Of a stretch of 64,000 bases of DNA, positions 29,959 to 38,466 are shown piece after piece. The stretch is taken from the IMG/VR virus record IMGVR_UViG_3300047496_000172, positions 1 to 64,000 of that record. One strand, written 5' to 3'. Each line of letters opens with the position of its first letter. Position 1 is the first letter of the stretch. A program made the translations under genes and the position numbers. The stretch is from a virus. A model generated the notes under the pieces. That model did not search any database, had not been told where the DNA came from, and saw only the letters and a list, made by a program, of their open reading frames with translations.

Positions 29959-31237
29959 ATGCTACTGCATTCCCAACCGCTTCTATAGTACCATAAGAAT
30001 TTGCAAAAGACATTCCACCCGCAGACACATTACTAATATCAGTGATTGATCCAACACCGGAGAACAATACTAATCCGGCACTTTCTGCTTCTCCGTCATC
30101 TTCTATATCACCAATAGCCGGAATAATATCCGCCATAGCAGGTTGCGTTAAAGTTATACCACCATAATTTTTATTAATGGCAACCGCATTCGAAAGACCT
30201 TGCTTTTGTGGAATTACAGTACCATCTGAAAATTCAGTATTATTATCGTTATTGATAAAATCATGAAGTAGACGATTTGCAACCGACCATTCTTGTTGAC
30301 GGCGGTCAAATTCTTGTATTTGCCAGCCATTTATAACTCGTTTGAAAAGAGTTGCTGGAGAATAATCAGTTCTTAAAAAATAATCTCCAACGGTTGGTGA
30401 TCCTGGGAAAGAGGTTCCTTGAGACAAAAGTTGACCATTAGGTGGAATGCCATCTGAAGCAAATACCCATGGATATTCTGAGCCCAATTCTGTTCCTGGC
30501 ATAATCCAAAATTGTTGCGTTTCAAAATAGCGATATTTAAAATTAGCAACCGCTGCATCTACAACAGAATTATTGATGCCTTGCTCAGTAGCAAGCGTGG
30601 ACATAAGACTTCCCAGAGTCCCTACATCATTCAGTCCAAACGGATCAGTGGCTTGTTGATTTAGAATATCAGCAAATTCCTGACTTGCAGTCATGGGAGA
30701 ACATTTAATTCGCCAAATATGTTGGAACCAAGTAGAAGAATAACCATCAGTAGCCCAGCTACCTTCATCTACAACAAAAAATGCATTGATGGCGGGAGCA
30801 TCACCTGGAATTTGATCGTCTCTACGGTGAGGAAGTTCAATAACATCTCCAGCAATAATACGACGACCGCACGCAGCAACCATATCATTTAAATGTATTT
30901 CTAAAAATAAAGTATCATCCGTAAGAAAAATACCAAATTGTTTCATATCAAAACTTATATCTTGTACGTTATAAGTTCCTCTTAATTCTCTAATGCATGG
31001 ATCATATTTACGATCTCTGTTTTCAAGAAATAACGTATCTTGAATACTCGAAATACCGCCAGCCATAATCGCTCCATTAGCGGCCGCTTGATCATAAACT
31101 CCCGCATACAAATGGACATATACCGCTGTTCCAGAAACATACATGAACCGAGAAATATTTTTATCCATGAAATTATAATTTTTACCGTGGCGAGCATTAA
31201 CACCATGCCATAAAGCCAATTTAGGCATGTTGTCCAC
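29951..31237 (-). CDS. Head closure/neck protein (T4 gp14-like)
   Basis: IQD.LFLENRDRKYD, FGIFL, GDVIELPH and GYS.TW..H.WR.KC.P; structural gene context. Confidence 0.7.
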   Translation of the reverse strand: MDNMPKLALWHGVNARHGKNYNFMDKNISRFMYVSGTAVYVHLYAGVYDQAAANGAIMAGGISSIQDTLFLENRDRKYDPCIRELRGTYNVQDISFDMKQFGIFLTDDTLFLEIHLNDMVAACGRRIIAGDVIELPHRRDDQIPGDAPAINAFFVVDEGSWATDGYSSTWFQHIWRIKCSPMTASQEFADILNQQATDPFGLNDVGTLGSLMSTLATEQGINNSVVDAAVANFKYRYFETQQFWIMPGTELGSEYPWVFASDGIPPNGQLLSQGTSFPGSPTVGDYFLRTDYSPATLFKRVINGWQIQEFDRRQQEWSVANRLLHDFINNDNNTEFSDGTVIPQKQGLSNAVAINKNYGGITLTQPAMADIIPAIGDIEDDGEAESAGLVLFSGVGSITDISNVSAGGMSFANSYGTIEAVGNAVAFD

Positions 31238-31871
31238 CGCTAATCTTATCTAATAATTCTGGTAATTTTCGAACAAATTGTTGATCGTTTCCAGGATTCA
31301 AATTAAACGAGTCATGCTCAAACATTATTGGAGGATGGCTCATTTTTCCATCCAAATATATCAACTCTAATTCTGTAGTCATATGATGGTATTTAGAATG
31401 AACAAAGATAGCCCTGCAATTAAACAAACGATCTTCCCAAATTTTCATAGCTTCTACCATTTCATCGAATATCTCTGGACATCCAAATACAGTGATACAA
31501 TTTCTGAAAAAATAACCATCAAAATTCCAAATAGTATATTCGGCTCTTCCTTTTTTACCAAGAGATAATTCATCCATCTTTTCTTGAAAGTAATCCGAAT
31601 GATGAAAATTCTTACCAAATGTCGATTTTTTAGGAATTGATACTTGAGGATTAGCTTTTGTCAAAATATCGGTAGCATCACTTATTTCTTTGAAAATTTC
31701 AGAATTTCCACCCATATCGGGATGGTGCTTTCTAGCAAATTCCTTAAATTTCTGCTTAATTTGCTCTGGCGTTTTATTCCTTGCATCGTATCCGTATTTT
31801 CGAAATACCGCTATAGCTTGAGGCACAGAGGTTGCCTCCATAACAATGTTGATAAAATCACGAATATTCAT
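31221..31871 (-). CDS. J-domain (DnaJ-like) protein
   Basis: IKQKFKEFARKHHPDMGG..E.FKEI..A..IL. Confidence 0.85.
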   Translation of the reverse strand: MNIRDFINIVMEATSVPQAIAVFRKYGYDARNKTPEQIKQKFKEFARKHHPDMGGNSEIFKEISDATDILTKANPQVSIPKKSTFGKNFHHSDYFQEKMDELSLGKKGRAEYTIWNFDGYFFRNCITVFGCPEIFDEMVEAMKIWEDRLFNCRAIFVHSKYHHMTTELELIYLDGKMSHPPIMFEHDSFNLNPGNDQQFVRKLPELLDKISGGQHA

Positions 31872-31942
31872 TTGATTATTTATCTAGTTGACAAAAGATT
31901 TTAATGAAGTAAAATATCTTCAATAATCGAAGGAGAAATCTG

Positions 31943-32377
31943 ATGCATAGTCAAATTTGGATGGATGGCTACAATTATTTGATGGCGCGGACGGCCAATC
32001 CTTATCCTCGTGACTCGGTGGAACATCGCGATTGGTTCGACGGTTGGACGCATCGTTTTCGTGGCATTCCGATTGATGAACCGCTTCCCCAAGACCTTTT
32101 TGATGAATATTGTGGAATTAGCGACGACGAACTTATTCGCCGTCACGCCATAGCGCGTCAAGCTCACGCAATGGCAGACGAAGCTGCCTTTGAAAATAGA
32201 GGCGAGATTCCCGAAGGAGAGATCATTCTTGCTGGTCCTGCACCAAAACGTGGGCGGCCTCCGGGTTCAAAAAACAAAACTATCGGAAATGGGAACAGCC
32301 TCTCTATGATTCCTACGGCTACCGGTCAAAAGCGGCGTGGGCGCCCGCCGGGTTCAAAAAATAAAAAGAAGGGTTGA
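31943..32377 (+). CDS. AT-hook DNA-binding protein with an RMF-like N-terminus
   Basis: Two RGRPPGSKNK hooks; N-terminal GY...NPY......W..GW. Confidence 0.7.
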   Translation: MHSQIWMDGYNYLMARTANPYPRDSVEHRDWFDGWTHRFRGIPIDEPLPQDLFDEYCGISDDELIRRHAIARQAHAMADEAAFENRGEIPEGEIILAGPAPKRGRPPGSKNKTIGNGNSLSMIPTATGQKRRGRPPGSKNKKKG

Positions 32378-32490
32378 CAGTTCCAACCTGCCTCTTTATA
32401 GAGAGGATACTCCTTTTGGAGCGGATGGCTTAAATGTCATTCTAAAGCTACTGATGCCAGTCGCCCCCCAACTGTGCATCGGTAGCTTTT

Positions 32491-32982
32491 TTAATTTTGC
32501 ATTACCATGTTTATATCGTCAATATAAGCATCCCCATTTACTGGAAATAATATCATTAGACCGTCATTGACGGTAAATCCTATTGGAAAATCTATAAATA
32601 TTCTGGCAAATATAGGATTTTGTTTAGCTCTTAACCAATCAGAGTGATTTAATTTAACCAATTCATCTAAACTATTTTCAGATGCTATACCATTCCCCCA
32701 AAATAAAACGTGTTCAGTATTTGCCCAACCTTGCATTGTATTTTCCGGAAAATTAACACCAAACAAATTTCCAGCATCATTGACCAGATCGCCATGCGTG
32801 GAATGCCAGTGATTTCCCATAAGCATATGACGATCACCCACAATGATCCTTGCTTGTTCGCTTTCAAACGTTTTTATAAACGAATTGAACTGATGCCGCG
32901 TTGGATCAAGAATGATAGGCGTTTTACCTCCATCTCTTAATTCAATCATCTCTACCTTTTCTAATAACTCTATGAAGCGCAT
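32491..32982 (-). CDS. Hypothetical late protein
   Basis: MRFIELLE start; TAAAT-like motif upstream. Confidence 0.55.
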   Translation of the reverse strand: MRFIELLEKVEMIELRDGGKTPIILDPTRHQFNSFIKTFESEQARIIVGDRHMLMGNHWHSTHGDLVNDAGNLFGVNFPENTMQGWANTEHVLFWGNGIASENSLDELVKLNHSDWLRAKQNPIFARIFIDFPIGFTVNDGLMILFPVNGDAYIDDINMVMQN

Positions 32983-33049
32983 ACATTAATTTATCCAAGA
33001 ATCTAAATATTGACTTGAAGTTGGATTTGATTCTAATATCACAAAATTA

Positions 33050-33585
33050 AGGTAAGCGTCGTTGTCAATACTTTGAGGACATCGATAAGTAAAATCATTC
33101 AGGGGCTATTGGTTCGCGGTTCCCCAACGCAAAACGAGTAGGACTGAGTTATCAGTCTTCATGAGACAGGATGAGTCGCAGAGGCAGACATTTGAGGCGG
33201 ACTGTGCTCTTAGAAGCGCGTCATCAAAGTAATGGCACCTCTCCGGTGTATAGCTCCGGAAAATTTGCACAAAAATGAGGGAGGAATCTGTGATAATTCA
33301 GAACCTCCCGGATACAATTTGTTCCTCAAAATGCAGATTGTATTGCTTGAAATTTTTATTTCATAACCGTTCAGATAATAAAAACTACTGAAGACGCAAG
33401 GCTTTAAAATAGCCCCGAGTCTAATATTTACCGTGAGTTTTATCGAGATTGGGTAGTCATATGCTGGTTGTCGGTGAACCCCCAGCTTCCGAGAAGTCGG
33501 ATCGCTACTTTTTGAGAATGCCGAATAAACGCATTAAATCTCTCCTTGTTAATTCTTTTATTAGGATTAACAGGGAGGGAGAAAG
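33050..33585 (+). ncRNA. Putative large structured non-coding RNA
   Basis: ORF-free gap of about 640 bp with nested long-range helices, an upstream TTGACT promoter element and a long 3' hairpin. Confidence 0.65.
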
Positions 33586-33621
33586 ATAATACCTCATTCC
33601 GCATGTATATATAAATATAAT

Positions 33622-34818
33622 ATGGATATTTTTGAGTTATTTGATTCGCCAGTTCAGACTAATCTGAAGCCAATAAAACGTAAAGCTTATAAAAAATTTC
33701 TTGCTGGAGAACGCGAAGACAATTTCCCTAAGAAATTCGTTAGAAGATTCAAAGTAGATAATAAATCATATGTTATATATGTTAACAACATTGACTTAAA
33801 TAGTTATGATATACAATATGCTTTAGTTACAAACAGAAAAGAATTTGATTTAAATTATTCTCCAACTAATGATAATAATAAAAAACATACTTTAGAAGTT
33901 TTTCATCATGTGGCCGCATACTTAAAGTTTTTCTTCTCTAAATTGAAACCCAATAAAAAATATACCATCACTTTTGGTGGAACGGTTTCGGATCAGCAAG
34001 ATTTATACAGAATCGCTGTTAGATATCTCAAAAGAATAGTTCCACCAGGATATGAAATAACATCTGATGATCGTAAGGTAACTATTACAAATAAAAACAC
34101 AATGGTTGAAACTACTTTGACTGAATTACGAAGAAATCCTGAATTAAATAAAAAACTCACGGTATTTGAACAACTCAGTAAATATGCTGGACAAAAAGAT
34201 GTGTTCGTATCTTTTACTGAAAATGTAGGAAGAATGAGTCATCCAACTGATTGGTCCCTGGATATGAAACAAAAGTCTTCAAATACTCATGGTCATAAAA
34301 TTGGTATAAATCCAAGATCAAATTGGAAATATGCTCCTTATGGGATTTTTGCTTATCCTATAGATTATGTCTTATCACAAAAGGGGGACATGCCGTTCGC
34401 GGCAGGAAGACCTTATCTTTATGTGTTTAAAGCTATAGGCAATTTTATTGATATAGATGCCTATAGTTATGATGATTTAGAACGAGATTCAGAAAAATTG
34501 CCTATGTTTGGTATTAATAGAAATGAATTTTTGAAGAACGCTATCGGGTTACCGGCAAAATATTTGTTTTTTAATTGTTTACGCAAACTTGTTACTAAAG
34601 AAAGTAAAAGTCGTTATTCTTCTACTACTATAGACACAATAGCATGGTCTAAATTAATCAGACAATTAGGTTATGATGGTATATTAGATTATGGTGGATA
34701 TAATATAACTCCAGATATAAAGGCACAAGCAGTATTTTTTACAATAAAAAGTATTAAGCCATTAGAGGTGATAGATAACAAAACTCACTGGCTTGGCCGC
34801 AATGGTGTAGATAAATAA
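33622..34818 (+). CDS. Two-domain late protein (putative internal virion protein)
   Basis: TATAAATA leaderless start, MDIFELFD, internal MVETTLTEL linker. Confidence 0.6.
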   Translation: MDIFELFDSPVQTNLKPIKRKAYKKFLAGEREDNFPKKFVRRFKVDNKSYVIYVNNIDLNSYDIQYALVTNRKEFDLNYSPTNDNNKKHTLEVFHHVAAYLKFFFSKLKPNKKYTITFGGTVSDQQDLYRIAVRYLKRIVPPGYEITSDDRKVTITNKNTMVETTLTELRRNPELNKKLTVFEQLSKYAGQKDVFVSFTENVGRMSHPTDWSLDMKQKSSNTHGHKIGINPRSNWKYAPYGIFAYPIDYVLSQKGDMPFAAGRPYLYVFKAIGNFIDIDAYSYDDLERDSEKLPMFGINRNEFLKNAIGLPAKYLFFNCLRKLVTKESKSRYSSTTIDTIAWSKLIRQLGYDGILDYGGYNITPDIKAQAVFFTIKSIKPLEVIDNKTHWLGRNGVDK

Positions 34819-34822
34819 AAAT

Positions 34823-35584
34823 ATGAATACTCAAACGCCTCGTCAAAAACTTATAAGTCAAATACATACGGCTTTAGGTGGTAATATGCTTGAAATTGAT
34901 CTTGAGCCATCGGATTATGATTATGCTGTTGATGTGACTCTAGATCGTTATCGCCAAAGATCAGGAAATTCTATAGAAGAATCCTTTATATTTTTGGATG
35001 TACAACCGGAAGTTTTTGTTTATACGCTTCCACAATGTGTACAAGAAGTTAAATCAGTTTATAGAAATGTTATTGGAAATTCTGGAGGAACAGCTATTGA
35101 TCCATTTTCCTTAGGATTTACAAATAATCTTTATCTTTTGCAAAATCCCGGTGGAATGGGTGGTTCTGGCGCAGGCCAATTAGCGACATATGATTATGCC
35201 ATGCAATTCCAAAATTTAGCCGCAAAAATGTTTGGTAGAGACGTAACTTTTACTTGGGATACATTTTCTAAAAGATTGACATTTCATCGTAAGTTCGTCG
35301 CGGTTGAACAAATTGCTTTACATGTTTATAACGAACGTCCAGAAGAAATTTTAATTCAAGACGTCTATTCACGACCTTGGATTCGTAGTATGGCAATCGC
35401 ACAAGCAAAAATGCTGCTAGGTCAAGCACGTTCTACCTATGGTTCAATCGCTGGTCCACAAGGCGGAATAACACTCAATGGCGATTCGTTGAAAACAGAG
35501 GCTCAAGCCGATATGGACAAATTAGAAGAAGAATTGAAAAACCTTATAGACCAACGCGAAGGATATGGCTTCGTAGTGGGCTAA
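34823..35584 (+). CDS. Neck/head-tail adaptor protein (T4 gp13-like)
   Basis: LGG...I.L, WI...A.A..K..LG.ARS and GG.TLNG..L..EA. Confidence 0.85.
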   Translation: MNTQTPRQKLISQIHTALGGNMLEIDLEPSDYDYAVDVTLDRYRQRSGNSIEESFIFLDVQPEVFVYTLPQCVQEVKSVYRNVIGNSGGTAIDPFSLGFTNNLYLLQNPGGMGGSGAGQLATYDYAMQFQNLAAKMFGRDVTFTWDTFSKRLTFHRKFVAVEQIALHVYNERPEEILIQDVYSRPWIRSMAIAQAKMLLGQARSTYGSIAGPQGGITLNGDSLKTEAQADMDKLEEELKNLIDQREGYGFVVG

Positions 35585-35706
35585 ACCAATGAAGACCAAA
35601 ACAAAGATGTTGGCATATATTAAATAGTTTATACACGCGCCCTTTATGCCCGGTTACTGGACAGGAAGTTTCTTGGTTTGAAAATAGATATCTTGGTCAT
35701 ATTTCA

Positions 35707-36372
35707 TTGAAGGCATCTAGAGCTAACCCAAAAGTTCTATCTAAATGTGTAGAAACATATAAACAACGATCTGGACATGATGGACATTGGTCGTCCAATC
35801 CAAAAGTAAAAGAGAAAAAACTAAAAACATTTTATTCTACGATGGCTACTCATCTTCCTCAGGATTGGGCGAAATCTCGATCAAAAGATAGTGCATGGTA
35901 TGAAGGAGTTCAAAAAGCTTGGACCGAAGAAAAACGAGAGGAAACGGGACTAAAATCCAAAGAACATTTTTCTAGTATGACATTAGAAGAAAAACAACAT
36001 TTTATTCAAAACTGTAAAAATGTTTGGACAAAAGAAAAACGACACGCTCATTCATTAAGAATGAGAAAACCTTACTCTGTTGCCAGAGAATATTATTTAG
36101 AAGTCATTTTTTGGACGAATTATTATTGGAATACGAAACAGGAAACTATTAACCCGAACAATTTTGAACGAAGCTATTGGAAATATCAATTAGATCACAT
36201 ATACACTATTCGTGATGGTTTTCGGAATGATATTCCTGCTAAAATCATAGGCCATTGGACAAATCTTCAAATGCTACCTCGGGTAGAGAATAAGTCAAAA
36301 GGTGGTAATTCCACGAGATTACTCGAAGAAACTCTGGATTTATATATGAGAAACATAGATGATATCACTTGA
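35707..36372 (+). CDS. HNH-like homing endonuclease (5' end uncertain)
   Basis: YQLDHIY..GF....IGHWTNLQML...EN.SKG; frame open upstream (RCWHIL..CPVTG). Confidence 0.7.
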   Translation: MKASRANPKVLSKCVETYKQRSGHDGHWSSNPKVKEKKLKTFYSTMATHLPQDWAKSRSKDSAWYEGVQKAWTEEKREETGLKSKEHFSSMTLEEKQHFIQNCKNVWTKEKRHAHSLRMRKPYSVAREYYLEVIFWTNYYWNTKQETINPNNFERSYWKYQLDHIYTIRDGFRNDIPAKIIGHWTNLQMLPRVENKSKGGNSTRLLEETLDLYMRNIDDIT

Positions 36373-36652
36373 AGAATTGAAAATATTTAATCCTAACATA
36401 TCTTTTTGGATTAGAAATAATGAAACCAATTGGTTTCCGCACACTCATCAACCAAAAACTTTTGAACATGTAGTAATGATTGAACATACATATGAGGAAG
36501 ATATTAATGCCGCCGCCATTTCTTTGAAAATGGAAAATTGGTGCAAATATAATTGTGTAGATGAGTGGACTAGCTATTATTTTTATAGCAATTTTGTTTT
36601 TTCATTCAAAAACAAAAGAGACGCTACTTTGTTTAAGATGTTTCACGCATGA
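36359..36652 (+). CDS. FK(L/M)F-family small protein
   Basis: WC..NC...W ... FKNKRDATLFKMFHA. Confidence 0.75.
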   Translation: MISLEELKIFNPNISFWIRNNETNWFPHTHQPKTFEHVVMIEHTYEEDINAAAISLKMENWCKYNCVDEWTSYYFYSNFVFSFKNKRDATLFKMFHA

Positions 36653-36903
36653 CTTATTTTTTTAATGATGAAACATTAGAATGGCATTGGGATGCCAGCC
36701 AATCAGATTACAAATATAAAATATTTTTAAGAAGAACTTTCTTGGAAGAAAATATGGATAATTTCTATAGTATAAAATTATGGTGTGAAGTTAATTCAAA
36801 GAAATGGCAGATAACTTGGAATGTTTTAATTAATACTGATTTTTATGTCGTTTCGTTTCCAGATAAAAAAGAGGCTACTTTATTCAAATTATTTTTCGGA
36901 TAA
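36649..36903 (+). CDS. FK(L/M)F-family small protein
   Basis: WC..N...W ... FPDKKEATLFKLFFG. Confidence 0.75.
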   Translation: MTYFFNDETLEWHWDASQSDYKYKIFLRRTFLEENMDNFYSIKLWCEVNSKKWQITWNVLINTDFYVVSFPDKKEATLFKLFFG

Positions 36904-36921
36904 TTGATCATAAATACACCT

Positions 36922-37293
36922 ATGAGTCAAGTTTTAACATATTCTAATCATGATGGTGGATTAGTTCGAGAATTACAGATTCCTGGTCCTGTTATGTCTG
37001 GTGTAATTGAATATGATGCTTTTGAGGTAAATGATAATCCTTTTGGTTATACGCCAGTGCAATCGGGCACTTTACGATTCATGGGCGATCACATTTCCTC
37101 TTTAATTCAGGATAACAATATTGTCATCTCTGATACGGTTTTGGGTTTTTCTATTTCTTCATTATTAGATAAACCTTCTTATATAGAAGGGGATTATGAG
37201 CAATATTTCAATATAAGTGTTTCAAATAATAGCAACACGGTAGTTCTATTCATGAGAAAAACGGTAATAACGATAACATCTACCCCTTTCTAA
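36922..37293 (+). CDS. Stand-alone C-terminal domain of the 52200/53012 tail-protein family
   Basis: LTYS, IEYDAF, GTLR and LFMRK align by eye with 53012 and 52200; TAAATA 5 nt before the ATG. Confidence 0.6.
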   Translation: MSQVLTYSNHDGGLVRELQIPGPVMSGVIEYDAFEVNDNPFGYTPVQSGTLRFMGDHISSLIQDNNIVISDTVLGFSISSLLDKPSYIEGDYEQYFNISVSNNSNTVVLFMRKTVITITSTPF

Positions 37294-37665
37294 TGTTGGA
37301 GACATTAGAGGGTTCTTCAGATCAACAAGATTATTCTGCCCCGCTTACCAACATAACAAGCATGAATGCAACATTTACTATTCCATTCACCAGCATGGTT
37401 CAAGGAGGCGACGCTAATAATGCGGCCTTTTTTGATTGGAGATGGTTTAGGCGCGACGAGCGAACTTAGTGTGGACTTGACTTCTTTTTCGGTTTGGAAA
37501 CTTTCATAATATAGGTTGACAGTATGTTGAACTATGTTATCTTGGATGCATAATCATCATTCGGATAAGGGAAATCTTCCTACTCCGATTCATATTGATG
37601 AAAACGATTTTCGTAACGCTGATATTATGTCAAGTGCGCCATGATCACTTTTAATAGGAGACAAC

Positions 37666-38244
37666 ATGCAATCGAATAAGGTCGTCAAGAGAATTGAAAA
37701 AACGGTTTTTGCCGTTAGATGGATGCTTATGCCGCTCTATGCAGGGCTGGTTGTAGCTCTTGGCTTGTATATCGCGCATTTCATTCATGAAGTTGTCGAT
37801 ATGTGCGACAATTTTCTCTACAACTACAGTCAACAAAATGTGCTGATGCTTTTTTGTCTTGAACTGGTCGATATGGTGCTGATCAGTCAGCTTATCGTGA
37901 TGACCATCCAGGGTGGATTTTCTATCTTCGTCAAGGAATTCGACTATACTTTGACCGGCCGCCCCCGTTGGTTGAATGCCAGTTTTGGATCATCCGAGCA
38001 AAAGATCAAGCTTGGGATGAGTATCATGGGGATCATGGTTGTCCACTTTCTGAAAGATTTCATTGAATCAAAGCCTCTTCAGACCGAATTGATGAACCAA
38101 CAGGTCATTCTTTTGGTTTGCGTAACCGGGGCAACTTTGGCTTTCTGTCTCTTTAATATTCTGATGCATCTTCCGATGCTGTCTCATCATGATCCGGAGC
38201 CGGTTCATACTTCTGAAAATGACCACGATACGGCTCATAAATAA
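37666..38244 (+). CDS. YqhA/UPF0114 family membrane protein
   Basis: RW..MPLY.GL, L.LVD..LI..L..M...G....FV and K.KL..SI..I...H.LK.F. Confidence 0.8.
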   Translation: MQSNKVVKRIEKTVFAVRWMLMPLYAGLVVALGLYIAHFIHEVVDMCDNFLYNYSQQNVLMLFCLELVDMVLISQLIVMTIQGGFSIFVKEFDYTLTGRPRWLNASFGSSEQKIKLGMSIMGIMVVHFLKDFIESKPLQTELMNQQVILLVCVTGATLAFCLFNILMHLPMLSHHDPEPVHTSENDHDTAHK

Positions 38245-38304
38245 TTTTAGAAAAAGAAGAAAAAATTGTTGACATATGTTCCATAAAGGCTTACAAGTTA
38301 AATC

Positions 38305-38374
38305 GAAATGACGCATGGATGTGCTTCCTTCTATTTTACTTTTGGAAAAAAATAGCTGTCCGATTTGTCATTTC
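38305..38374 (+). promoter_or_regulatory. Structured leader RNA upstream of the RING/TerD gene
   Basis: GAAATGAC/GTCATTTC closing stem with an inner CTATTTT/AAAATAG hairpin; TTGACA at 38269. Confidence 0.55.
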
Positions 38375-38417
38375 ATAAATGATTATTGTGAATTAAAAAC
38401 TAAAGTTTTGATATACT

Positions 38418-38444
38418 AAGGCCGCGTTTGTCGCGGCCTTTTTT
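38418..38444 (+). terminator. Intrinsic terminator in the leader of the RING/TerD gene
   Basis: AAGGCCGCG-TTTGT-CGCGGCCTT followed by a T run. Confidence 0.85.
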
Positions 38445-38466
38445 ATAGAAGATAGAATGTGAGGGA

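Noticed and set aside
33100-33420. tmRNA or RNase P RNA
   Set aside because: GGGGCT resembles a tmRNA 5' end, but its partner strand has no T-arm or CCA, and no GAGGAAAGUCC-type RNase P core was found.
37546-37644. His-rich uORF before yqhA as another leader peptide
   Set aside because: The ATG lies too close to the predicted -10 box to be transcribed, and there is no hairpin or matching tRNA downstream.
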